Part shown: piece after piece, positions 13,069 through 25,281 of the stretch | How positions within the stretch are numbered: the first letter of the stretch is position 1 | Layout of the letters: the number at the start of each line of letters is the position of its first letter | DNA from: Chromera velia | Taxonomy: Eukaryota | Length of the DNA stretch: 48,987 nucleotides | Assembly (NCBI GenBank): GCA_018398765.1 | Contig: JAHBMJ010000389.1 | Location: 1 to 48,987 of the forward strand | Direction: 5' to 3' | Translations under genes and position numbers: made by a program | The notes under the pieces: model-generated | The model's input: only the letters and a program-made list of their open reading frames with translations | Told to the model about the DNA's origin: nothing | Database searches by the model: none

Positions 13069-14848
13069 TTTTCCCCCCCCCCCCCCCCTCTCTCTCTCTT
13101 GCGTCCCTGAAGACTTTTGGGAGAGGTGGAAAGAAGATCAGAATAGGTGATGCATGCAAGGTGTGCCTCTGTAGGCACAAATGCAGGCAGGAGAGGGATC
13201 CAGGAAAGACGAGCAGACTGTCAGAGGTTGGAGAGTTCGGTCGAAAGTTGGAGAGTGGGGGAAGACTTCAGCAGATTTTCTACCGCCTCGTCAAACTGCA
13301 AAGCGGGAGCAACCTTATACATTCAATCAATCTTCATGAAGTGTCATGAAGGTCCAAATCTAGGTCCAAATTCATGCAGTGCGCATGACGCGCGTCTGCC
13401 TTCTAATCTCTTCCTTTGATCCTCTCTGTCCTGCCTTAGGCCTTAGGACAGCTAACTTACGGCAGATACATAAAAAACTGTATGAGTTTTGGGACTAGGA
13501 AAGCAGCCTGCTGAGGCTAAGCTACGACGGCTTGCTCTTGTTATCAATAACTATATACATAGGTTGTCATTCGTTCCTGGTTTCAGAAACAGTCTGGGAA
13601 ACTCTAAGCTAAACCAAAATTAAGTAAGTAAGTAAGGTGTTAATTGGTGTATCAAATCATGTTGTCTTATATAATTTGAGGTAAAATATTGTTAAATATT
13701 ATCACAGTTCTCTGTATATAGAGTTCTAAAACAATAAAATTACGCCATTGATATATATCTAAGTACACCCCATCTGATGATGATGATGATTGAGGGTTAA
13801 ATCCTAGATTTAGCGACGCCAAATCCCAAGCCACTAACAAGGCTTTGAGGACAACCTAGAGCACACATTCATGGGGGGGGGGTTGAGGAAGCCTGCATGC
13901 CAGTCGGATTGATTCGCCTCAACTTGCCTTATCGACAGAATGGACCTTCTTAAGACAGTCGGCTATAGCTTTGGAACCGCTTCTAGGCAGGATTGTGCAC
14001 AACAGCAACACCATATCCTTCATTTTCTTCTCATTATCAGAAGTGCCCCTCCCGGTTGCACCTGTAACGCGTTGTGCAATCTGTATTCTTATGTTAATGG
14101 GCGCTCTCTGCTTCGCAATTTCGTACAGTTCTTTCAGCTTGTTCCGTTCCCTTTCTGTGTCCTTACACTCCGTCAGGACATGAACCTCATCTTTGATCAT
14201 ACGTGAGGGGGACAAACATTTATTGCACAGCCGTTCTGGTTGGGTTCTATCTATATCCTCCCCTATAAGAGCCCTGAAAAGCGTGCGGAAGCTTGCAAAG
14301 GACTGCAGCAGACTCTTTAGCAGAGGTTTAATACTGCACTCTATCATTTCACTTCTCGGACGCCATTTCCTTTCACACAGAAGGTGCATGGCCAAACGCT
14401 GTCTGGTCGGATTCTCTGACTGGAAAGGGGAGAGATCCACAAGGCAGGGAAAAATTCCGTCTCTGTCTCTAACGTTCCTAGTTTCTTTTTTCAACCAGTC
14501 GGACAGCCAGGCACCCTTAACGATCTTTTTTGCCGCCCTTTTCCTTCTACCCTTGCCCTTCCTTTTAAACTTATCCCCCACCTTGTTTGGCAATGGAGGC
14601 TACAAAAGGGAGCAATCTAATGGAACGGCCAGCCATTTTACTGTCTTAACGAAGGGTTCGCACGAGCCAGCCAAGCACTCATTCCACACTGCCCGGGGTA
14701 GAGCACGGTCGATCAATTTGATGCATTGGATGAAGCCCCCACTCAGCTTACCAAGTAGAGAACTGAATGGCTCAAGAGAGAGAGAGAGAAGGGAAGGCAA
14801 AACAAAGGAGTGATAAGAGAGACCAAAACAACATCGAACAAAACGTAA

Positions 14849-16045
14849 TTATAAAGCATCGAGGCAAGCAATATCTGTCTTTCTCAGCGGGATCGTTTCC
14901 AGTCCATACAGCACAACTGGCAGCCAGAGGGCCTTGAACAAAGTAATTTTAGAAAAGGAAGAAACAAAGCCTAAAGAAGAAAGAGTACCAAACATAGCCC
15001 CCAGTGCCTTCTCTGCCGCCTTAATGCGGGCTTCGACTGTCTTGCTAAGGTCCCCACCCTCAAAAACCGAGTTGCCCAAATACTTATATTTACTCACCGC
15101 TTCCACTGGTCTGCCTTCATACAGAAAAGGGGTCCGGGGCACTAGGTCGGGGTGGGGGGAGGAGAGACACGTAACTTTTATCTTTTTTAAATTCACCTTC
15201 AGGCCGTGCTCCTTACAATAGTCCTCGAGGCGAGACAGACGTTTCTGCAAGTCTGAAGCACTGTGGGCAAACAAAACAAGGTCGTCAGCATACCCGATGC
15301 TTTTCATTAAAACGTCAGACAGTCTGACAGGAGTCTGTCTATCAGTATCCCCAGCCAAGCTTTGATTCCTGTTTTCATTATCGGAGCTGACAGACTTATG
15401 TAGATTGTTGATGAAAAGAAGAAAGAGGAGAGGAGAGAGAGGATCGCCTTGTTTCACTCCTCTGCCTTCTGGAAAGCATTCTGTTGCCCCATCCACCCGA
15501 GCCTTCACCTGACTATACATCGAATGAATCATCCAAACATCAGCTTGGCTTACCCCTTCCTCCCTGAGCCTCTCTAACATTTTAACCTGAGGAACTGTAT
15601 CAAACGCCTTGCTGAAATCAACAAACGTGGCAATCAGAGGGCTCTTCTTGTTTTTGGAGCTGAGAATTAACGAAGACAGAGCAGCGAAAGCCTCCCTTGT
15701 TCCTATCCCTTGTCTGAAGCCGAGCTGCCTTTCGTCAATTTTCACCTCTTTCCTGATCTTTGAGTCCATCAATAAAGCAAAAATCTTACCCAGAAGCCCC
15801 ACAATATGGATCGGGCACCATTCGTTACAGTCGAGACTCGGCAGGCCCTTGGGGACGGGAGCAATGCGCAACACATTCCAGCGTTCAGGCCAAAAAGAAA
15901 AAAGGTGAAACAAATTGAAAAAGACAAAGAGCAGCAAGCGGGAGAGAGGAGAAAAACCAAAACATAACGAGAGGTGATAGGGGCTAACCCCATCCAAACC
16001 TAACGCCTTCTTTGGGTCAATTCTTTTCAGTGTTTCCTCAATCAT
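14849..16045 (-). pseudogene. reverse transcriptase domain of LINE-A
   Basis: 398-aa open segment with all core non-LTR RT motifs, including YADD; flanked by broken frames. Confidence 0.92.
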
Positions 16046-17330
16046 GTGTATAGAGAAGGCAGGCTGAGAAGGAGGGGGGAAGGCCAGACCAACAGGTGTA
16101 GGCGGAAGACCAGGACCGTCGAAGACCCCAGCCCAGAACTGAGTGAAGGAAGATGCAGCGGGTTTATTATTATCCCCCCCCCTCTGTGTTTTGATTTTCC
16201 TGTTCCATTGCCAAACTTTTGAGGGGTCAACTGCTACTTCTCTAGCTAGTCTCTCTGCTGTCTGTTGCTTGAGCTTACTCTTTTTTACTGCAAACAGTCG
16301 AGCTCTTTCCTTTCTCAGTTTGACACATTCTTTTTACAGAGGGTGAAAAGGGTTCGGAACATGTCTTGCCTTTTCCTCTGCCTCCTTCACCTTCAAATAA
16401 ATCAGGCGGCATTGAGGGTCCCACCAAGCCTGACGGGTGCTCTGCTTTTTCCCAGACTGTCTTTTCTTCTTGGATGCCTTTCCCCCATCTACCACTGCAC
16501 CCACTTTGCTGTCTGCCAGCCTTTCTTCCCAGGAAAGACCCAACTGTTCCAATTGGTCAAGATAAGAAGCCTTGCTGAGGGAGTTGGGGGGGGGAGCATT
16601 CTGAGGGGGAGGTGGTTATGGGGGAAGGGGTGGTGGGTCAGGGGGAGGTGGGATAGGGGGAACAACTTGACCTCCTTCACGCAGTTCGTTTACTCCTCTG
16701 TCGAACAGGCTGGGAAAAACCGTCTCAGAAAACGGCAGGACGGCTCTGGTGAGAGGAATCATTTCATCATCAGTCACCGGGGAAGTTCTATTAACAGTGA
16801 GGAGAGGGGGGAGAAAAGAGAAATTCTTTTTACCCGTGGGGGCATGCGGAGGATTAGAAAACATAGGGGGAGGAGATGAATCAAGAAAAAAAGAAAGAGA
16901 AAGAATAACATGTTGAGGGGCAAAGTCAGCTTCCAGGTTTGAAGTGGCAGAGGACCAGGCTATCAAAAGAAAAGGATCTACAAAAAAGTGATCAATCGCT
17001 GTTGTTTCTTCTCCTGCTTTAAAAAAGGTGCACGGGCCCGGAAAGGAGACATCAACACCCCGCCTCAGAGAGTTTCACATTTCAAGGACAGACCATGAAG
17101 AGGAATTAAGTTAGAGCGTTCACAAAGACGGATCAGCCAATTCTTTTGCTCGTCAGGTTGACTGCCATGGCTGCAGGCTGACAATTGAGAGGGCTTGCAA
17201 GCATCAACTTCGTTCTCTTCTCTGCTTTCATCAGTGGGACATAGCATTCTTTCCTAAGTCAGCCCTTCCGGCACCCGAGTCCCCAGCTTGCCATTCATGT
17301 CCCCAACGAGGATACGCAAATCCTCGAGAG

Positions 17331-18179
17331 CAGTGCATTGAACAAATAAATTGCAAATAAATTGCTTTGATCAGTTTGATATAAACAATTATTGCAATAG
17401 TTGCAATTAATTGCCAATAATTGCTTATAATACAAAAATTTAATTTTTCTAAGTGCTCTAAGGTGTTTAAAGGACTATTAATAACATTTTTATGTTTTTT
17501 TATGCATATTTAATATGATGTACAGTATTTTAATACTTATATAAATGAATTTAAAATCTTTAAAAGCAGTTATACTAAGTTATACAACTCATTACTAAGC
17601 TATTACTTCGTATTAATACCTGTGATATATTTAACAATAACTATTTTTATTTTTTAAGATAGAAAAATAAACTTAGAATTCAATATAAATGATAAACAAT
17701 ATGAACACACTTTCATGTACGGTCCATAACATGAAAATTCTGCAACTGTACGTACAAGCAGTAAAAACTTACTGCTAGCACGTATAGTGCTTTAATTTTA
17801 TGAGTATGCTGCATGCAAACAAGGCTATATCCACAAAAACATCCATGCAATCGATCATACAATAGCAGAAACGAGAAGACACGAAGGCCACAACATTTTT
17901 ATGCATCACTCAGTATCATTCATGAATTAAAAAAACATATCAAGGCATGCAATTTTATGAGTATGAACCGCGTGCATGCTTGATCGCTTTGGCGCCTTAT
18001 AACGCGCGTTTAGCCTTGTTTTTCACTAGTTTTGAGCCCAATAAAACACCTCAGACTCTCAATTTTGAAATTATATACAATTATTGCAATGAATTGTAAT
18101 GAGCTAAGAGCTTACAATGAATTATTGCTCCCAATTATTTGCAATTATTGCAATTACAATTATTGCTTTCAATGCACTG
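17331..18179. mobile_element. non-autonomous hAT-like DNA transposon (849 bp) inserted in the LINE-A endonuclease
   Basis: Perfect 12-bp TIR CAGTGCATTGAA...TTCAATGCACTG. Perfect 8-bp TSD CTCGAGAG at 17323-17330 and 18180-18187. AT-rich body with subterminal AATTGCAA-like repeats at both ends. Removing it rejoins VPLE-DLRILVGDMNG. Confidence 0.92.
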
Positions 18180-19401
18180 CTCGAGAGGTACCTAACACAG
18201 TGCATCGATCACACCCTCTCTCTCTCTGTCTCTTTACTCCCTGTCTCTCTGTCTCAGGTCAGACCCTCTAGGTAGAAAGTACACACCGAAGACATGGAGG
18301 ACTCTCGTGGCTGACTCCCCCCCTTCTGAGGGAGAAGGCACATTCACTGACAGACAGACCAGATTTTGACCCACCAGCTCCCACCTTGGCTGCAGTTCAT
18401 GAATTAAAGAATTCCTGACTAGGATGTATACACCCCTTGTCCTTGCTTCCCCGATGGTTGTGGCTTTCCTTCTTGACCCTTCCGCTTTGATTTTCCTTCT
18501 TAACCACTCAAAGTGATCGAAATTATACCCTGTGTGAGTGGATGTTCTTACGGGCATGGAGGGGCACTTCGTTTTAGTCAATACCACAATGTCTGCCTGG
18601 CAAGCGGCCAGCCACCGCTTGAGAGCCTTACTTCGTATGCGTGACCCCAGCCCCCCCACATTTACCGTTTTTATTGTGAGTTCTAACCATCCTAGTATTG
18701 AACCTACCGCAGCCCACGGATTCCTACGGCTCATGAATTCAACCACATAGAAAGGCTGGACCTGGTTGGTTGAAGTCTAGTTCTAGTTTATTCTAGTTAA
18801 ATATCGGGCTGCATGTAGCTGCATGTAGTTGTATATGCACCTTAAAAGCACCTGATAGCACCTGACATATTATGTGCGAATGGCCCGGAAAGCGAAATTG
18901 AAGATGCATAAACCCGTATGGCAGGGTTCTGCATTTTAGATTGCGTAACGTGTTAAACTTAACCATGCAGAGGCGGCTCGATCCCATGCAGTAAAAAACT
19001 TGGTAAGTGCACTGCTAAGGGCCTATGCAGCCGCGGGGGAGCAAGCTCTGTCGGCCGCCGCCCGCCGCGTGGAGTCTATACCACCATGCATGCAAAATCC
19101 ACCCGCGTGCAGACAGCCTTGATTTCAGCATGTTTCAACATTGTTTCAACAATCGCACTCATATCGCACTCATAAAACGACCAGCACATTCAATGCACAT
19201 TCATAATCCAGCATTCGACCAGCAGTCTGGCACTCCAAATAATTCATAGGCTGTGTGGAAGTGTCTCGGGCCGTCATAATTCATTCCCATATCTCGATCC
19301 TCAGTCCTGTTGCATTTCAAGCTCTCTGGGTTCTGTTCCAAAAACCTTCTTGACCAGGCATTCAAAGCTATCAAAAATATTCCGGAGGCGCTTAACTAAA
19401 A

Positions 19402-20523
19402 ATGCACCTGAAGCTCCAGTGCCTGAATGATGAGGCCCGCCAGATGTACGGCAAGCACGGGCACTACAAGGAAGGTGACTCGGGTCTTGATCTCTTCTGC
19501 GTGGCAGAGGAGCAGACCATCAAGGCAGGGGAGACGGCCTTCATCAAACTGGGATTGAAGGCGTCGGCGTGGAACTCTGAGGGCAAGAACGTGTCCTTCC
19601 TCCTGTTCCCTCGGTCCTCCATCTCCAAGACCCCCCTCAGACTTGCCAACTCAGGTGGGCCCCCGTTTTGCGTTTGTTTTTCGTGCCTTGCTTGCTCTCT
19701 TTTTGGGGGTTCTCTCCCTCTGTCCTTTTCTGCATTAAGCGTGAACCTATTTGTCGTCTGCCATGTATCAAAATTAAGCGTGAACCAATGCAAAGAAGAA
19801 GAGATCAGTATGCTGTAGGGTGAGCGTGTCCAGGTCACTGCTTGACCGACCGATTGACTTGCTGATTGACGAAGCGACAGTTGTTCAGAATTGGTCTGAG
19901 AGCGAGTGGAAAATGGGGAGAAAGAAGGAGGCACAGCCAGAGGCTGCAAGGAAATCCAGAGAAACCACAAGGACGTGCGGTGGGTCCTTGTCCCTTTCTT
20001 CCTGTTCTCTCTGCATTTCTCTCTTCTTGTTTTTGTACGTGACGGACGTTTTTCTCCTGATGCCTTTGTCTCCTGGCCAACTTTGTGTGAGCGTGAAGTA
20101 GAGACATGTCTCTTATGCCCCCTGCACGTTGCAGTGGGTTTGATTGATGCTGGCTACCGTGGTGAGTTGATGGCAGCTGTCGACAACATCAAGAGCGCGG
20201 ACCACACGGTGAAGAGGGGGGACCGCCTCGTGCAGGCAGTGAGCTTCTCAGGGGAGCCTCTCACCTTTGAGGTCCGTCCCTCACACCCGGGGGGGGGAAG
20301 GGGGGGATCGACAGGCAGCCTTCATTTGAGTGAATGAATGGATAAATAATCTGAATAGATCGACGGAGCAGCACTCTGGGGGGAAGATGGGGGGGAGATC
20401 TAAGTGCAGGAGCGGAAACAAGGAAGGGTCGTTTCATTCCCGAAAATATGGAATTTGGTCGTCTTCATTGTCTGTCTGATCGAAGTTCGATCTGTTTCCG
20501 GGTTCATCTTACTCGTCCCCCCG

Positions 20524-20578
<55 letters not shown>

Positions 20579-21461
20579 TTCTTTCTTTCTTTCTTTTCTT
20601 TCTTTCTTTCTTTCTTTCTTTCTACATTGCTTCGGCGCCTCCTCTGATGACCAACAAATGAGCGAGCTGCACAATTGTGCATGTCCCGATTCCTTGCTTT
20701 CTTCCATCGACAACTCCGCCTCCCTTCCTACCTCCCCCTTTTGCACCTCCCAAGCATGTTGAGTCCCCGCAGCTGTTCGCCTAGCTCTCTTCTTTTCTTT
20801 TGTGCACACACATACTCCCTCACTCTCTCACTCGTGTTTCTTTTTCTGGTGAAAGGGGACTCGATTTGTCTGTCCGTCTCTCTGTGCGTCTCTCTGTCTG
20901 TGTGGTCATGTCTGAAGACGGAGAAGACGACCTGGAGTGAGTGCCCTTGTGTCTGAATGTCTAGTGGCTCCCTCCCTCAAGGTGGACTGACTCCCCCGGC
21001 CTGATGGACTGATCGATCGCCCGTGAAGGGATCGAGGGAGGTGTGTGTCCGTACACATTCATTCAACTCCACATACAGACTCAGACACACACACACACAC
21101 ACACACACACACGAATATGAATTGGTGAATGAATGAATGTATATGAGGACGCGGAATGCAAATCGAACCCTCAATCATCATGAATGAATGAACGAAGTGA
21201 TGCGAACCCTCAATCATCATGAATGAATGAACGAATTGATGCATGCATGCATGCAAATTAGGTGAGTGAGTGAGTGAGTGAGTGCAGCTTGTGGAGTCCC
21301 TCGACCAGACCGCCAGAGGCGAGGGAGGCTTCGGGTCAACCGACAAGACTGCCTCCTCTTCTTCTTCTTCGACTGAGAAGGCGAAGGAAAAGGGGGAGAG
21401 CGACGAAAACTCTCAGAAGAGAGCCAACAATGAGACCGCAGGATTGCAGCAGGTAAAATGA
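19402..21461 (+). CDS. dut: trimeric dUTP pyrophosphatase (dUTPase), 187 aa; exons 19402-19654, 20135-20271, 21288-21461
   Basis: All five motifs are present after splicing: DSGLDL, PRSS, NSVGLIDAGYRGE, GDRLVQ, RGEGGFGST. GT-AG introns with consistent phases (564 nt). Confidence 0.95.
20524..20621. repeat. (TTTC)n microsatellite in dUTPase intron 2
   Basis: Directly visible tetranucleotide array. Confidence 0.95.
21164..21241 (+). repeat. 39-bp tandem duplication in dUTPase intron 2
   Basis: cgaaccctcaatcatcatgaatgaatgaacgaa(g/t)tgatg occurs twice with one mismatch. Confidence 0.9.
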
Positions 21462-21978
21462 AATGTTGGTAGCTATGCACGTGAGATAGAGACGGTCTTT
21501 ATTGAAAAGAGGACAACCAAGAGTACACCATGAGAGAGTTCTGCAGGCTTGGTGAGGAGGCAGTCAAGGGGAGGACAAGAAGAAAGAAGGGTTTTCTTTT
21601 GTGTTCCGCCTAGGAGAAGAAGGACAAGTGTTTGAGCGAGCACACAGAGAACGAGCGGATGCTGCGGCCGGATTTTGTCGCCTGTCTGCTGGACCCATGG
21701 GAGTTTCTACTTTGTTTGTGGTTTTGTTGCCTCGCCTCCTCCCTCCTTTACATTTTTGATCACCATGCCTTTCCTCGTTTTGTTTTGCTTTTGTTGCCCT
21801 TCAGTATTTCTCCTGTTCACAGGTGTCCCTTCCGATATCCTTTTCGTCCCCCTGTATGAATACCGGCCAGTGCGCCTGGTGGCTTGCCGGAAGCTGTCCA
21901 ACAGCAGTTGTACAAAAAAGGAATCGTGAAGGGGGCCTCTTGAGCCTTTAAACCTGCCGTCTCTCGATCCATTCCGGT

Positions 21979-22049
<71 letters not shown>

Positions 22050-23243
22050 CGTGTGCAGCCACAAGTGAAGAGAACGAAGGTGGAAGGGGACGGAGAGAAG
22101 ACTGCGGAGACGGAAGTTGGGGCAGCCAAGGGAGCCGTTTCTTCCTGAACGATGGAAGAAGAGAGAGGGTTGTGACGCTAGAACGTCTAGAGTGATTCTT
22201 TCTTTCTTTCTCTCTCTTTTTCTTCTGGCCCCCTTCTGCGTACGTGTTGACTCGACTACTTTGTATGAGAGAGCGACTGTGTTTCTCCCCGTTCACCACT
22301 CCACGGCATCCCTCGCTCGTCGACTTCGTCCATCCTTGGTTCGATTGATCGATTGATCGGTCAACAGATATAAAGAGAAACAAAAGAGGAAGGAGAAGAA
22401 ATGAGTCGACGCAACATGTCAGATGCATCGCCTCACTCTGCTTTGCTTTGGGTAGGACAGAAGTGGCACAAGCTGGATGTCTTCAGCTTCTCTTTGTCAG
22501 TCTGTGTGTGAAGGTGAGACAGTCAGAAGGAGAGAGGAGTCCAATCGATCAGGCAGAGATGCAGGAAGATAACAGGCAGACCTGCCAGTTAGGAAGGAGC
22601 AGAAACGCACGACCGATCTGTTTCGGCTTTTGTGAGACTGTGGTCCCACATCCAATGTTTGAATGTATGGGTGCTCCTAGCTGTCAACGAATCTGCAGCT
22701 AGATATGCATTCAAGGATGCATGCATGCAGCAGTCGATCGATGTCAGCAGGGGAGTGCTGCTCATGCGCCCAATCAAAAAGTATTGCAACATCTGTGGAC
22801 GGTTTTCTTTTCCGGTCCGACAAAGGTGTAGCTCTGTGGGCAACGTTGATCTGACGTTGATTCCGTGTGCATTAAATGGGAAGTAATGGGAAGCACCGCA
22901 GGATCTATCGCAAGCCTTTCTTGAAATGAAGATACAGGAGGAAGCATGGCAGGAAAACTCACTCACTCACTGGCATGCAGACAACTAGACAGACAAAGTA
23001 CAAACCAGGCGGCAGTCTGGGCCAAAAGTGAGGCGCCGGCCAAGGCGAAAATCTAACAACCGAAAACGTTATGGTGTTGTATCAAGTTTTATTGAAGATT
23101 TCTATTAATTTGAATGCTACTTTCTACTGAGAATCTACTAGACTTTTTTTACTAAGTTTCTATCGGCTGAAGGTTTTATAAACTCTGTCCTAGACTTTGT
23201 CTTCAACTCTTAGACTCCAATTCAACTCCCGTCTTCACAAAAC

Positions 23244-23474
23244 GCAGGCGTCGGCTAAAGAAAAAAAAAAAATCGCCCCAAACCCTTTACTTTTTTTCTT
23301 TTTTTTTTTCTTTTTCAGTCAAACACATTCAAACACCTGTTGTTCAAGTGTTGTAGAAGTGTTGTTCATGTGTTGCACAACTGTTGTTAAGTCTTGTTTA
23401 GAGTAAAAAAGTAAAAAAAAAAGAAAAAAAAAAATCCTCTGATCGTTTATTTTTTTTTTTTAGCCGACGCCTAG
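23244..23474. mobile_element. MITE (~230 bp)
   Basis: 14-bp perfect inverted core AGGCGTCGGCTAAA / TTTAGCCGACGCCT, extended by mirror A- and T-tracts. Near-perfect 8-bp flanking duplication CACAAAAC / CATAAAAC. Confidence 0.8.
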
Positions 23475-23832
23475 CATAAAACGGTTTCCGTATACAAGAA
23501 TGATCTCTTTCTTTCTTTGGCTTTTTGCAAGCAGAATCCAGCTAAAAACTTTTTTCTCTCTCTTTCGAAAAAACTCATTCTGATTAACATTGCGAGCATT
23601 TACATACATTTACAAAAAAACCGTTTCTTCCTCTCATGTCTCATTTTGTTCAGTGACTATCATTGACTCTCTCTTTCTAGCTCTCTTTCCTCATATAGAA
23701 TTCAATATATGAATGTTGTGTACATGTTGTGTGCACATGTGCCAAACTTTTATCTAGGTCTTCGAAGTTTATGTCTCCATGCCCCCCCGCACTGGTTTTG
23801 TGCCTAGTGTTGTGTTTCTTTCTGCTTTCATT

Positions 23833-24781
23833 CTAGGCGGAGGACAACATAAATAAAATGAATATTATACAAACAGATTTTTCTTTTAAAATTTTATTCG
23901 AATAAAAATTTTATTTATTTGATTTTTCTTCTTAACTGAGCCAGACTTATAGTTCTAGACTTCACTAACATATAAACATACCCTAGAACATACCTAGAAA
24001 CATACCTAGACATCGAAACATAATGTCTGCCACTTTATTATATAAACATGCAAAGTGTCTGTTGGCAGACTGTTGCTTTAAAAATACACGCGAGGGTATA
24101 TGCATGAATGACACATGACGGCCCTTCACCATCCTTTCGATCACCCCCCTCCTTCTTCAACCCTCACCTCAGGTAGGAACAAGCACGTCATCTAGCATGT
24201 CGTAATCATCACTCCCTCCTTCTAGCTCTCCTTCTTCTGCTTACCACCAGAGAAACATCTCTTTGTACATATCTTTTTTCTCTAACATACATAGTCCAAG
24301 TCTCCTATAGATGTCTGTTTTCTTTGCAAAGACATTGAATCTCAATATAGAATCTCACCTCTTTGATGAAGAAAAAACAGATTATTTCAACATATACTAG
24401 CCCCCCACAGACGTTCCCCTCAAACCTTACCCTCAAGAGTGAGAGCATACTTCTTCATATCTAGGTGCTTCTCACCACCACTCACCACCACTCGCTACCA
24501 TTGAAGCCGTCTCCTTTTTTAATGAGACCGTACCTTTTGATATCTTCAGCACAGCACAGTGAAATCTATGCACATTATTTTTTTAAAAAAAAAAAAATTT
24601 TTTGTAGCCAAAAAAGAAAAGAAAAATAGTTCGCTTTTAAAGTATAATTTTTAGCTTCCCAAACGTCTTCGTTTTCTAGGTACCCCTCAAAAAAACCCAA
24701 ATAAAATAAATATTATACGAGCTATTTTTGGCCTCATTTTATTTATTCGAATAATATTTATTTATATTGTCGCACGCCTAG
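23833..24781. mobile_element. non-autonomous TIR DNA transposon (949 bp) with CTAGGCG termini
   Basis: Imperfect TIR: left CTAGGCGGAGGACAACATAAATAAA, right end reverse-complement CTAGGCGTGCGACAATATAAATAAA. Perfect 8-bp TSD CTTTCATT at 23825-23832 and 24782-24789. AT-rich ends with shared TTATTCGAATAA palindromes. Confidence 0.85.
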
Positions 24782-24945
24782 CTTTCATTGAGGCTAGATA
24801 GTGGTCACCTTTCAACTACTTTCAAGGGTTAGTATGGGAGGACATCCAGTTGCTTTGAATTAGCGCTTTCAATTATCCTTCTGACTTAACCTGGGCTTGC
24901 TGTTTTCTGCATGCACGTTTTGTCACGTTTTGCAGTAGGGGGGGG

Positions 24946-25281
24946 GAAGTGAATAGGACGATAGAGAGCATTGCATCGGTTAGGGGAACGAAAAGATAAA
25001 GGGAGTATGAGGTAAGGAAGAAGAGCAAAGAGGGGATAGTCTAGGTTCTGAAGGGCTCGGTCCCTAAAGAGCTCATCACCAAATTTTAGAATAGAAGGAG
25101 AGGAGAGAGTAGGGAGGCACCAGAGGTAGAGAATAGAAAGATAAGGAAGGCGGGAGGCACAAGGGATAGGGGGCCAGACAGACAGTACAGAGTCAGAAAA
25201 AAGGGGTGGGGCAGGCCTCATTAGGTTCCTGCAGGGGAGGTACCTAGAGAATTGATAGAGAATTTTTGGGAAAAGAAACGA
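24946..25281 (+). pseudogene. two tandem 60-aa chromodomain-like repeats, in frame with the LINE-B endonuclease
   Basis: Manual translation of frame +1 gives NRTIESIASVRGTKR*REYEVRKKSKEGIV*VLKGSVPKELITKF*NRRR and NRKIRKAGGTRDRGPDRQYRVRKKGWGRPH*VPAGEVPRELIENFWEKKR, which align without gaps at a 180-nt period. Both resemble the chromodomain pattern I..I...R.....eY.VkwkGw....W.p...l..eLI.eF. Confidence 0.65.

Larger units (their letters stand above)
13775..18746 (-). mobile_element. decayed non-LTR retrotransposon (APE-RT-CCHC, RTE/RTEX-like) with (CAT)n tail; LINE-A
   Basis: APE motifs TVNVGGL...ADIVVLTKTK...RGVYILV (18234-18746) and ILVGDMNGKLG (~17280-17320). RT at 14849-16045 (GFRQG, FVDFSKAFD, GVKQGDPLSP, YADD, YKYLG). 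C-terminal zinc-knuckle-like CNKC...DEVHVLTEC (13919-14593). (ATG)n on the + strand at 13775-13790 is the (CAT)n 3' tail. Has several stops and frameshifts plus a nested DNA element. The 5' boundary is approximate. Confidence 0.93.

Noticed and set aside
12538..13349. ORFs spanning the N run
   Set aside because: Artefacts of the assembly gap.
13740..18800. Target-site duplications for LINE-A and LINE-B
   Set aside because: No convincing direct repeat was found at the inferred ends; the 5' boundaries remain approximate.
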